Shown one piece after another: positions 1 through 10,547 of a stretch of 64,000 nt of DNA. The notes under the pieces are model-generated. The model made no database searches and had not been told where the DNA came from. It saw nothing but the letters and a program-made list of their open reading frames with translations. Origin of the DNA: Candidatus Cloacimonadales bacterium (GTDB lineage: Bacteria; Cloacimonadota; Cloacimonadia; Cloacimonadales; JAFGVF01); the NCBI GenBank assembly GCA_963663475.2, contig CAXXJV010000001.1, positions 2,496,001 to 2,560,000 of the forward strand, in the 5' to 3' direction. The translations under genes and the position numbers were made by a program. Numbering within the stretch: the stretch's first letter is position 1; every line of letters starts with the position of its first letter.

Positions 1-1176
1 ATCATCAAGAACATTTTCTATTGGTAATGCAGTAAAAATTTGATTAGCTAAAGAACTTCCTGTAAGATGAAGATCTCCTTCCATAAATTCTACAAATTCA
101 GGTAAGATTACTTGTGAAAGATTATCCATGCCAATTTCTGCTTGCCATTCTGCTAAATCAGTATATTCCACAGCTACCAGTCTTCCAAAGAAACCTTCTT
201 GACTAGCTGCATAGTAGATATTATTATCTAATTGAACTTGTGGTTGTTGGAAGCTATACCAAAGAGCATACTGTTCCTCACCTAATCTGTTATTAACAAA
301 TATATTATTCTTAACTATAACATCTCCAGCACCACCAGAAATATTGATACCATAACCAGAGTCACTAGAACTTCCAGCTAGATAAACACTATTATAATAG
401 CATTCAATGCTTCTGTCAGCACGACCAACTATTCTTATACCATAAACTTTATCATTATTATCATAGGGTAATGAAATCATATTATTAGCACAGATGCCTG
501 TAACTTGATTAAAATCAATACCATATATTGTTGAAGTTGCTTCTTTTATTCCATATATTTTATTCTTTAATACTTCAGCATTCTCTGCACCAGAATTATA
601 GGCAATTTGAATACCATAAACAGAAGATTCAGATGTAAAGAAGTCTTCACTATAAAAGAGTTCATTATTAGTTATACTTGTGTTTGTTGTTGCACTTGAT
701 GTTTTTACCCCATACTTATTAAAGTCCTGAATAATACAGTTCTTAATAGTAATATGGTCACTTGAATCAAGATAGAAACCACTTAAATACTTATCATCAT
801 TAACTAGATTTGGATCTTGGATATGAATACCATCTACTGTTATATAAGCAGCTTGAGAAAAATTGAAGACATGATTATCAATTGTTTCATTGTAAATTAT
901 TGGGTTAGCGCCTTCTCCACTTTTTTGAATCACAATTGGTGCAGCTTGTGTTGCAACAATAGTGATAGCTGGAAGGTCTTCTGTAAAGCTTTGTCCTGCA
1001 GTTACATTAATTATCAGTCCATCAGTTGGTAGTTCTGTCAAACCGTTAGCATAGTTGATAGCTTCAGTAATTGTTAAATAGTCGCCATTACCACTAGTAT
1101 CAACTGTTTTTACTTCTTGACCAAAAGCCAGTGTAAGTAAAGACAAGATAAATAATACAATAGTCACTCTTTTCAT
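1..1176 (-). CDS. Secreted right-handed parallel beta-helix repeat protein (partial; runs off the window start)
   Basis: Not in the ORF track. ATG at 1176 with AAGGAG RBS, 2 nt after the TrmB stop; frame open to base 1: MKRVTIVLFILSLLTLAFGQEVKTVDTSGNGDYLTITEAINYA... Signal peptide, pectin-lyase-like 'GDYxTIxEAI' cap, and repeated 'N-N-x-I/YGI' beta-helix rungs. Confidence 0.75.
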   Translation of the reverse strand, partial: MKRVTIVLFILSLLTLAFGQEVKTVDTSGNGDYLTITEAINYANGLTELPTDGLIINVTAGQSFTEDLPAITIVATQAAPIVIQKSGEGANPIIYNETIDNHVFNFSQAAYITVDGIHIQDPNLVNDDKYLSGFYLDSSDHITIKNCIIQDFNKYGVKTSSATTNTSITNNELFYSEDFFTSESSVYGIQIAYNSGAENAEVLKNKIYGIKEATSTIYGIDFNQVTGICANNMISLPYDNNDKVYGIRIVGRADRSIECYYNSVYLAGSSSDSGYGINISGGAGDVIVKNNIFVNNRLGEEQYALWYSFQQPQVQLDNNIYYAASQEGFFGRLVAVEYTDLAEWQAEIGMDNLSQVILPEFVEFMEGDLHLTGSSLANQIFTALPIENVLDD

Positions 1177-1178
1177 TT

Positions 1179-2006
1179 TTATTCTCCTTTAATTGTTTTC
1201 AAATATGTTTTAAGAGGAATACCCTCATCAAAATAACTGTGAAATGTTTTTACATACATCTTCGCTAATTGTGGATTATCAACAAACATTGAAGTATGGG
1301 TTGTCAGTAGAGCATCTTTGTTAGTTATGCTCAAAATAACTTTTTTCCTATCTAGAACAACTAATTTTGTATGTACTTCATCAACAACTCTTACCTCTGC
1401 CCCATTTTCTTCCCATAATTCTAAGAAATGCACAAATTCTGGATTTTTCATATCAGCCTTTTCAGTAACAAATTTGTATTTGAGACCTGGATAATAGGCA
1501 ACCTTACCCCGTTTTTGAACAGCCGAGAAATCAATGACATAAGGAGCTTTATTCATAGTAAGAATTTCCTCTTTAACATCTTTACCATATTCATTGATCT
1601 TTTCTAATATTTCATTATTACCGACAATTACTTCAATATGCTTGGAAGGATCATCATTACCTTCTTGTGAAAGTTCGTAAATTGGTTCAAGCTCTTCAGA
1701 CAAAAGATTGATACTCTTTACCTTTTTCTCATACTCTTCTTTGTTTTTTTCTAATAAATTGTTAAAAGCAAAACGAGGATTAATTGCATTAAATCTTTTA
1801 ATTTTATCATCATCAGATTTTTTACAAAATCCTTTATCATGCAATAAATTAATAACTTCATAAACTCTAGTTCGAGGAACATTTGCTAGATTAGCTAGCT
1901 CTGTAGCAGCTAAATCTGGCTTTTGAAGCAAAACATGATAGACGCTTGCTTCGTATTTTGTTAATCCAATATTGATTAATCTTTCAATGATATCAGGCAT
2001 TTTCAC
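1179..2006 (-). CDS. TrmB family transcriptional regulator
   Basis: N-terminal 'LINIGLTKYEASVYHVLL...ATELANLANVPRTRVYEVINLLHDKGF' wHTH; C-terminal PLD-like effector domain 'HTKLVVLDRK'. Confidence 0.85.
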   Translation of the reverse strand: MKMPDIIERLINIGLTKYEASVYHVLLQKPDLAATELANLANVPRTRVYEVINLLHDKGFCKKSDDDKIKRFNAINPRFAFNNLLEKNKEEYEKKVKSINLLSEELEPIYELSQEGNDDPSKHIEVIVGNNEILEKINEYGKDVKEEILTMNKAPYVIDFSAVQKRGKVAYYPGLKYKFVTEKADMKNPEFVHFLELWEENGAEVRVVDEVHTKLVVLDRKKVILSITNKDALLTTHTSMFVDNPQLAKMYVKTFHSYFDEGIPLKTYLKTIKGE

Positions 2007-2051
2007 TCCCTTTTATATCTTATGGACAAATAATATAAAGCAAAAATAATT

Positions 2052-2084
2052 AGTCAATATATTTTTGTAACTTTTTAGTTACAA
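2052..2084 (-). promoter_or_regulatory. Putative -35 (TTGACT) with adjacent perfect palindrome TTGTAACT-N4-AGTTACAA
   Basis: AGTCAA at 2052-2057 on +; 8-4-8 inverted repeat at 2065-2084, upstream of the TrmB gene. Confidence 0.5.
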
Positions 2085-2152
2085 CAACAATAAATCCACT
2101 TTCTAAGCCTGTTAAGCTTGTCTTTTTTTTTAATCTTGCTCTGGGAAACAAA

Positions 2153-4984
2153 TATCCCTTTCAGGGATTTTTGATGAATCAATATAGTAATGAAATATTC
2201 TCATTTTCCTATATTATTCCCACCAGACTCGAACTTGAGCCTTTCATAATATTCTAGACAAGTAAAAAGCCTCGCTGTTCAGCGAGGCTTTAACTTGATT
2301 ACTATCGTTTATTTCATTAAAATCATTTTCTTAGTTGAGCTAAATTTGCCATTTCTCATTTTATAGAAATAAAGGCCAGAAGCTACAGCTTTATTATTAT
2401 CATCTCTACCATTCCAAACAACACTATGGTTACCAGCATTTCTATAGTCATTAAGGAGAGTTTTTACCTTCTGTCCTTTAACATTATAGATATCAATTGA
2501 GACATTACCAGCTTCTTTAGTAGTAAAGGCAATTGAAGTTTCTGGATTAAATGGGTTTGGATAATTTTGAGCTAATGAATTTATTTGTGGAATGTCTTCG
2601 ACATGTTCATTATCAACACCGTCAGGAGTAGAGTCTATTCTGAAGTTATCAACCATAAAGATAAAGGCATCATTACTTATACATTCAATTGCAAATCTTG
2701 CAGTTGTACCAGCAAGTTCACTAACATTGAAGTTGTAAAGAGTCCATTCAGTTGGTGCTTCTAAATAATCAATACCTTGGTGAAGTGAATATTGGAAATC
2801 ACTAACTTCACTACCACCAAGAGACATCTTAACTCTGAATTTTTCTAAACCAAACTCATCAGTATAAGACTTTGCATAGAAGGAAACAACTGATGTTGTT
2901 CCGACTGTGAATCTATGTGTAATTATCCAGTCATCATTCTGTCCTTCTGTAGAAGCAAATGATGTTAAGAATTTATCTCCACTTTGAGGAATCATATCTT
3001 CGATAGGTGGAATAGTTGCTGAAGGATTAAAGACCATATAAGACATTGCTGAACCAGCATTACCGTAATCAACATTACTGATAGTATAAGTAGTTCCACC
3101 ATCTATATCATATTGAATCCAACCAGGTAAGTTAAGGGTAAAGTCTTCATGATCATCAAAATCATCTCCCCATAATGGTTCACCGATATTATAGTAGATA
3201 ATAATAGCAGTATTTGATGGTAGAGAGAAACCTTCAGGATCTTCATACATACCAACAACATGATAGTGGTATTCTGTACCTACAACCACATTAGCATCAT
3301 GGTAAAGATTAGTTCCTATTGGGATCATTTCTTCAGTAATAACTTGACCATCTCTATAAATATGATAACCTGTTAGGTATCTTTCATAAGGAGGTTCAAC
3401 CCAGGTTAATGCAACATAACCAGATTGATTAGAAGCTTCTAAGTTTAGAGGTGAATTGAAATCATAGTTATAATTAGCATCAACATAGAGATTATACAAT
3501 CCTGTATCTTCTCTAGTTAATCTTTCATTTTCTCCATTCTCATTCTTTCTTGTGTGAGGAGGTGTTACACCTTGAGGGTAAACATTAGATTTGGCTACTC
3601 TAAGGAAGTAGTTACCACTTTGAGGTAGAACAAATTCAATACTTGAGCCATTATCAAGATAAACAGCTGGGTCAATTTCACTAGCATCGTTAGCTGGACC
3701 ATAAAGCCACATAGAAGGATTTACATCTGAGCCACCAGCATCTTCTACTGAGCAAAGTAGAGTATCACTAATACCCATTGCAGGGATTAGATACCAATCA
3801 ATATCACCAATAGGCATAATAGCATAAGTATCACCATCAACAGGAAGAGTTAGTGTTGTAGCATCTTCTGGAACATCATTATTATCATCAGCATAAGCGT
3901 AACCAGAAATAACAACTTCATGAGTAACTCTAGTTGCATCATCAACTATTTGGATGGTAGCAGACTTCGTTCCTTCTGAGTTAGGAGTGAAAGCTACACC
4001 AATAGTAGCAATATCATTGAAAGGTAATACTAAAGGATAAGTATTATTATCTGTTGTTATTGTAAATTGATCTGCATCATCTCCACCTAAAGTTGGAGCA
4101 TTAGCAATTGTTACATCTTGGAGACCAATAGATCTCATGGTAATAGTCTTTTCAACTGAAGTCCCATCTACAGGAGTCATATCAAATAGACTATTAGTAG
4201 GATAAACTGTTAAATCTGGAGCATCAGGAATAGCACCAAACTCAAGTTGAATATTTGCATATGAATTACGTTGGTAGTTAGCTGTAGGTGGTTCAGCAGG
4301 ATCTGGTACAGTAGAATCACTATAATAAACAAGAGATCTTGTTAAATCACTAGCTGTACAATAGAATTCATCATTAGAGTCGTGATACTGAGGAACAGTA
4401 TGGAAAACGCCTACAACTAAGTTTTGACTATTATCATAGATAAATGGAATATCTAATTCAAATTCCACCCAACCATCTTCTTGTGGAACTGTAATACTAC
4501 CATTATAAACTTCCATTAGAGATTCAAAGCTAATCCAGGAATCTCCATCAGCGAAATCAACTTCTGAGGTTAAGCCCATGTAGATTTTCATATCATCTGG
4601 ACCCCAAGCTGAGTTACCATTATAATGCCAAGAGATCTTTTCAATACGTTGATCAGCAATACCAATCTCACCTGCGTAATAAATACTTTGTGACCAAGTA
4701 TGTCTATACCATGGTTCAAAAGGTATGCTTTGACCTGTTAGTTCACCATTACCAATGATAGCAATATTATCAGGTAAAGCAGGAAGGATAAAGGCACTTG
4801 TAGCAATTTCTATGGAAGGTATAGCAGTATCATTAGATAGAATGTTAAAGCTTCCACTATAGGCACCTTCTGCTATTGGAGTAAGATTTACTTCAACAAT
4901 TTGAGTTTCATTAGGAGCAATTGTTAATTCATTAGGTATAAATGTTAATGCATCTCCGTCTTGAGAGAAGTCGATTTCTAAAGG
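2153..4984. repeat. ~2.8 kb near-identical direct repeat, copy 1 (matches 7716-10547)
   Basis: Line-by-line match at constant offset 5563, covering the 3' half of the paralog, its terminator and ~155 bp downstream of the stop. Confidence 0.9.
2264..2291 (-). terminator. Intrinsic terminator after paralog 1
   Basis: AAAGCCTCGCT-GTTC-AGCGAGGCTTT hairpin; A-run on + gives a U-tract on -. Confidence 0.85.
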
Positions 4985-7321
4985 TAAAGTACCAATATTT
5001 TGAATATTAAGTAATGCTAGACCAGTTCTATTAAGATAAACATCTCCAAAGTTAAGTGCTTCTTGAGCTACTTGTATCATAGGACCAGAAGGAATTGATT
5101 CTATGACAAAATTATCAATATAAACTGAAAGGTATGTATCACCTGAACCGACATATTTCATAGCAATAAACTGATCATCTGCTGGAGCAATATCAAGTCC
5201 CTGTTGATAATATTGGTAATCCGATGAGCAAGAGATTGTATCAAGGGCTGTAAATTCAATATCACCAGAGTTACTATTAGTAGTTCCAAGGATAAGTTCT
5301 TCACCAACATCACCTGAATAGATCATAAAACGTACTCTTCTTGTATTAAGTTCACTTACAGGAGGTGTAATAGCAATAATTTCTGCTGCTGCATCCCCTG
5401 AGTTATATAATCTGAGAGCATTATCTCCTTCGTATGGATATATAGTAGTAACTCCAGCTCCTGCATAATCTGAAGTGCTTGAAACTACACTAGTCCAATC
5501 TTGTGGTAATTCAAGGGATTCTAGTTCTTCAAATCCCTCAAAATGTGGGAATTCTATAATCATATCATCATAACCTATTCCATTTAGTGGAATATATGTG
5601 TTACCATTAGTTGCATCATTTATAACAATATTATCTTCCAAATTTCCAACAGATTGTGGGTTAAAAGCAACAGAAAATTGGGCAATATTATCAGTAAGCT
5701 CTAAAGGGTATGTATTAGAATCATTTAGAAGAAAATCAATATCTGTATCTAAAGAAACACTATTAATTACTAGAGTACCAAGTCCAGTATTTCTCATAGT
5801 AAAAATCACAGAGTTAGTAACACTATTAATAATAGTTTCTTCCCAACTGAATTGATTTGGTGTTATCATTAATTGTGGTTCTGTAGGAACGTCACCAATA
5901 GTAAGAAGAACATTAGCAATGATATTTTGGACAGTGCCAGTAGGCGGTGTAACAAAATCATGATCGTTCCCATCATCATAGTGATATATACTCTTATTAC
6001 CAGTCACAAGTGAACCATAAAATTCATCACTATATGAAGTATATCCATCACTATTAGCTTCAAAAGCAATGACTAGATTATCACTATTGTTATAGTTAAA
6101 AGGCATAGTAAGAGGGATTGTTACCCAGCCTTCTTCAGCTGGAACAGAGAAAGGACCATCATAAGCTAGAACAAGATCATCAACAGATATCCAAGAATCG
6201 CCATCGATAAATTCATCAACTTGAGTATGGCCTAAGTAGATTTGAATATTATTTTCTGTCCAAGCCCCATTACCATTGTAGTAATATGAAATTTCTTCAA
6301 TTCTTTGATTATCAACATTTATCCATTCTTGATCATAAATTGTTTGACTTAGGGTATAGCCATAATAAGGTTCCATTGGGAGATGGGTATCAGTTTGGTC
6401 ACCTGAACCAATAATAATAGCATTTTCATCTCCACTAGAGCCAAAAAACCAGATAGGTGATGGTGTAAGATAATCATTTAAATTATTACCTGCTACAACC
6501 CTCCAATAATATGTTGATAATGAATTTAGTTCATCTATTTGAATTGATTCTTGTGTATACTCTTCAGTTATTAGTGCAGATTGAACCATTTCATTTACAT
6601 CACTTAAATTATCACTAAAATATACATTCACCCAATCTGTTAATTCACCAATTTCCCATGTTAGTTCAACTGGTGCATCTATATTAAAACTACCGTTTGC
6701 AGGAGTAACTAAAACAGGAATTTCAGGCTCATTTTCATCTGTAAAATGAAATCTTGTATTAGGATAAAGTGAAGAGATAATACCATCTGCCACAGGGAAA
6801 AAACTATCAGCATAATTATAGCAGGCTCTTGCAGGATCAGCAGAGCTAGCAGTAAATAATGGTTCGTCACTTTGATAAGAACCATCATTATTAAAGACTA
6901 ATATTTCTAAATTATCTGTACCATTATAAGAAAATGTTACATCTAAAGGAAGATCATACCAACCAGTCCCATGATAAGTTAAAGTTCCACTATAAACTAG
7001 AACATAGTCCTCATCAGTTTCAGGATCAACATAATTTGTAGCAGAAAAACTGTCTTCTGTAGTATGTTTAATATAGAAAGCTTGATTTTGCATTTCATAG
7101 TTAACAGGTGAGTTATTTAAATGATAACTTATAGTGTGAATATCCATTTCATTTTCTAAGTCTTCAGCCAAATAAATTGTTCTAGACCAACCATTGTCAT
7201 AAAACCCGTAGGCAGGGATAAAACTTGTTGTTTCACTTCCATTACCGACTTCAATAAAGACAGCATTTAAGGATGCTATCAATAACATTAATACAGTGAA
7301 AAATAATATTTTCTTTTTCAT
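2309..7321 (-). CDS. Large modular secreted/surface protein, paralog 1 (Ig/choice-of-anchor D-like modules, FN3, cleaved-adhesin/choice-of-anchor J-like domain, FlgD/T9SS-type CTD)
   Basis: Signal peptide; 'RNTGLGTLVINSV' Ig modules; 'GWIQYDIDGG...NDDWIIT...VSFYAKSY' cleaved-adhesin motifs; 'NYPNPFNPETSIAF' CTD. Start moved from the track's GTG 7327 to ATG 7321, which has GGAG 5 nt upstream. Confidence 0.85.
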   Translation of the reverse strand: MKKKILFFTVLMLLIASLNAVFIEVGNGSETTSFIPAYGFYDNGWSRTIYLAEDLENEMDIHTISYHLNNSPVNYEMQNQAFYIKHTTEDSFSATNYVDPETDEDYVLVYSGTLTYHGTGWYDLPLDVTFSYNGTDNLEILVFNNDGSYQSDEPLFTASSADPARACYNYADSFFPVADGIISSLYPNTRFHFTDENEPEIPVLVTPANGSFNIDAPVELTWEIGELTDWVNVYFSDNLSDVNEMVQSALITEEYTQESIQIDELNSLSTYYWRVVAGNNLNDYLTPSPIWFFGSSGDENAIIIGSGDQTDTHLPMEPYYGYTLSQTIYDQEWINVDNQRIEEISYYYNGNGAWTENNIQIYLGHTQVDEFIDGDSWISVDDLVLAYDGPFSVPAEEGWVTIPLTMPFNYNNSDNLVIAFEANSDGYTSYSDEFYGSLVTGNKSIYHYDDGNDHDFVTPPTGTVQNIIANVLLTIGDVPTEPQLMITPNQFSWEETIINSVTNSVIFTMRNTGLGTLVINSVSLDTDIDFLLNDSNTYPLELTDNIAQFSVAFNPQSVGNLEDNIVINDATNGNTYIPLNGIGYDDMIIEFPHFEGFEELESLELPQDWTSVVSSTSDYAGAGVTTIYPYEGDNALRLYNSGDAAAEIIAITPPVSELNTRRVRFMIYSGDVGEELILGTTNSNSGDIEFTALDTISCSSDYQYYQQGLDIAPADDQFIAMKYVGSGDTYLSVYIDNFVIESIPSGPMIQVAQEALNFGDVYLNRTGLALLNIQNIGTLPLEIDFSQDGDALTFIPNELTIAPNETQIVEVNLTPIAEGAYSGSFNILSNDTAIPSIEIATSAFILPALPDNIAIIGNGELTGQSIPFEPWYRHTWSQSIYYAGEIGIADQRIEKISWHYNGNSAWGPDDMKIYMGLTSEVDFADGDSWISFESLMEVYNGSITVPQEDGWVEFELDIPFIYDNSQNLVVGVFHTVPQYHDSNDEFYCTASDLTRSLVYYSDSTVPDPAEPPTANYQRNSYANIQLEFGAIPDAPDLTVYPTNSLFDMTPVDGTSVEKTITMRSIGLQDVTIANAPTLGGDDADQFTITTDNNTYPLVLPFNDIATIGVAFTPNSEGTKSATIQIVDDATRVTHEVVISGYAYADDNNDVPEDATTLTLPVDGDTYAIMPIGDIDWYLIPAMGISDTLLCSVEDAGGSDVNPSMWLYGPANDASEIDPAVYLDNGSSIEFVLPQSGNYFLRVAKSNVYPQGVTPPHTRKNENGENERLTREDTGLYNLYVDANYNYDFNSPLNLEASNQSGYVALTWVEPPYERYLTGYHIYRDGQVITEEMIPIGTNLYHDANVVVGTEYHYHVVGMYEDPEGFSLPSNTAIIIYYNIGEPLWGDDFDDHEDFTLNLPGWIQYDIDGGTTYTISNVDYGNAGSAMSYMVFNPSATIPPIEDMIPQSGDKFLTSFASTEGQNDDWIITHRFTVGTTSVVSFYAKSYTDEFGLEKFRVKMSLGGSEVSDFQYSLHQGIDYLEAPTEWTLYNFNVSELAGTTARFAIECISNDAFIFMVDNFRIDSTPDGVDNEHVEDIPQINSLAQNYPNPFNPETSIAFTTKEAGNVSIDIYNVKGQKVKTLLNDYRNAGNHSVVWNGRDDNNKAVASGLYFYKMRNGKFSSTKKMILMK

Positions 7322-7630
7322 AGTCACTCCTCTATAATTATAATTTGTGCTTTTTCCCTAAGATTATTATCTTATAAACTCTATCTTAAGTTTATATATA
7401 GTTCAATTTTCCATTTATCAGTAAATCTAGTCAATATTATTTTTGTTAATTTTGAGTTTACAAATCTAAAATTTAATAAATATCTACTAAACTATGATTA
7501 TTTGTTTTTATTAATAACAATATTTGTATTTTTAAAAACACACTCTGCATTTATTTATTATCCCGAATAGTGCTATTCTCAAAGATCTATTGCATTATTT
7601 GGGATAATACATTATTTATCATTTTATTAA

Positions 7631-7731
7631 ACCCTTACAGGGTAATATCTTTGGGCTAGCCATCATTACCTAGGCTTGCGATACTTTCAGCATCTTACCC
7701 TGGGCTAAATTATTTTATCCCTTTCAGGGAT
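7631..7731. repeat. Degenerate REP-like palindromic element (CCCTTWCAGGG ... CCCTGGGCT ... CCCTTTCAGGG)
   Basis: ACCCTTACAGGGT 7631-7643, CCCTGGGCTA 7698-7707, ATCCCTTTCAGGGAT 7717-7731; related motifs at ~2138-2168 and 34205-34216. Confidence 0.5.
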
Positions 7732-10547
7732 TTTTGATGAATCAATATAGTAATGAAATATTCTCATTTCCCTATATTATTCCCACTAGACTCGGACTTG
7801 AGCCTTTCATAATATCCTAGACAAGTAAAAAGCCTCGCTGTTCAGCGAGGCTTTAACTTGATTACTATCGTTTATTTCATTAAGATCATTTTCTTAGTTG
7901 AGCTAAATTTGCCATTTCTCATTTTGTAGAAATAAAGGCCAGAAGCTACAGCTTTATTATTATTATCTCTACCATTCCAAACAACACTATGGTTACCAGC
8001 ATTTCTATAGTCATTAAGGAGAGTTTTTACCTTCTGTCCTTTAACATTATAGATATCAATTGAGACATTACCAGCTTCTTTAGTGGTAAAGGCAATTGAG
8101 GTTTCTGGATTAAATGGGTTTGGATAATTTTGAGCTAATGAATTTATTTGTGGAATATCTTCGACATGTTCATTATCAACACCGTCAGGAGTAGAGTCTA
8201 TTCTGAAGTTATCAACCATAAAGATAAAGGCATCATTACTTATACATTCAATTGCAAATCTTACAGTTGTACCAGTAAGTTCACTAACATTGAAGTTGTA
8301 AAGAGTCCATTCAGTTGGTGCTTCTAAATAATCAATACCTTGGTGAAGTGAATATTGGAAATCACTAACTTCACTACCACCAAGAGACATCTTAACTCTG
8401 AATTTTTCTAACCCAAACTCATCAGTATAAGACTTTGCATAGAAGGAAACAACTGATGTTGTTCCTACTGTGAATCTAGGTGTGATTATCCAGTCATCAT
8501 TCTGTCCTTCTGTAGAAGCAAATGATGTTAAGAACTTATCTCCACTTTGAGGAATCATATCTTCGATAGGTGGAGTAGTTGCTGAAGGATTAAAGACCAT
8601 ATAAGACATTGCTGAACCAGCATTATCATAATCAACATTACTAATAGTATAAGTATTTCCACCATCTATATCATATTGAATCCAACCAGGTAAGTTAAGG
8701 GTAAAGTCTTCATGATCATCAAAATCATCTCCCCATAATGGTTCACCAATATTATAGTAGATAATAATAGCAGTATTTGATGGTAGAGAGAAACCTTCAG
8801 GATCTTCATACATACCAACAACATGATAGTGGTATTCTGTACCTACAACCACATTAGCATCATGGTAAAGATTAGTTCCTATTGGGATCATTTCTTCAGT
8901 AATAACTTCACCATCTCTATAAATATGATAACCTGTAAGGTATCTTTCATAAGGAGGTTCAACCCAGGTTAATGCAACATAACCAGATTGATTAGAAGCT
9001 TCTAAGTTTAGAGGTGAATTGAAATCATAGTTATAATTAGCATCAACATAGAGATTATACAATCCTGTATCTTCTCTAGTTAATCTTTCATTTTCTCCAT
9101 TCTCATTCTTTCTTGTGTGAGGAGGTGTTGCACCTTGAGGGTTAACATTAGATTTGGCTACTCTAAGGAAGTAGTTACCACTTTGAGGTAGAACAAATTC
9201 AATATTTGAGCCATTATCAAGATAAACAGCTGGGTCAATTTCACTAGCATCGTTAGCTGGACCATAAAGCCACATAGAAGGATTTACATCTGAGCCACCA
9301 GCATCTTCTACTGAGCAAAGTAGAGTATCACTAATACCCATTGCAGGAATCTTATACCAATCAATATCACCAATAGGCATAATAGCATAAGTATCACCAT
9401 CAACAGGAAGAGTTAGTGTTGTAGCATCTTCTGGAACATCATTATTATCATCAGCATAAGCGTAACCAGAAATAACAACTTCATGAGTAACCCTAGTCGC
9501 ATCATCAACTATTTGGATGGTAGCAGACTTTGTTCCTTCTGAGTTAGGAGTGAAAGCTACACCAATAGTTGCGATGTCATTGAAAGGTAATACTAAAGGA
9601 TAAGTATTATTATCTGTTGTTATTGTAAATTGATCTGCATCATCTCCACCTAAAGTTGGGGCATTAGCAATTGTAACATCTTGGAGACCAATAGATCTCA
9701 TAGTGATAGTCTTTTCAACTGAATTACCATCTACAGGAGTCATCTCAAATAGACTATTAGTTGGATAAACTGTTAAATCTGGAGCATCAGGAATAGCACC
9801 AAACTCAAGTTGAATATTTGCATATGAATTACGTTGGTAGTTAGCTGTAGGTGGTGCAGCAGGATCTGGTACAGTAGAATCACTATAATAAACAAGAGAT
9901 CTTGTTAAATCACTAGCTGTACAATAGAATTCATCACCAGAGGCATGATACTGAGGAACAGTATGGAAAACGCCTACAACTAAGTTTTGACTATTATCAT
10001 AGATAAATGGAATATCTAATTCAAATTCCACCCAACCATCTTCTTGTGGAACTGTAATACTACCATTATAAACTTCCATTAGAGATTCAAAGCTAATCCA
10101 GGAATCTCCATCAGCGAAATCAACTTCTGAGGTTAAGCCCATGTAGATTTTCATATCATCTGGACCCCAAGCTGAGTTGCCATTATAATGCCAAGAGATC
10201 TTTTCAATACGTTGATCAGCAATACCAATCTCACCTGAGTAATAAATACTTTGTGACCAAGTATGTCTGTACCATGGTTCAAAAGGTATGCTTTGACCTG
10301 TTAGTTCACCATTACCAATGATAGCAATATTATCAGGTAAAGCAGGAAGGATAAAGGCACTTGTAGCAATTTCTATGGAAGGTATAGCAGTATCATTAGA
10401 TAGAATGTTAAAGCTTCCACTATAGGCACCTTCTGCTATTGGAGTAAGATTTACTTCAACAATTTGAGTTTCATTAGGAGCAATTGTTAATTCATTAGGT
10501 ATAAATATTAATTCATCTCCGTCTTGAGAGAAGTCAATTTCTAAAGG
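7716..10547. repeat. ~2.8 kb near-identical direct repeat, copy 2
   Basis: Matches 2153-4984 with only scattered substitutions. Confidence 0.9.
7827..7854 (-). terminator. Intrinsic terminator after paralog 2
   Basis: Same hairpin as 2264-2291. Confidence 0.85.

Noticed and set aside
817-1032. 71-aa + strand ORF
   Set aside because: Antisense shadow of the partial beta-helix gene at 1-1176.
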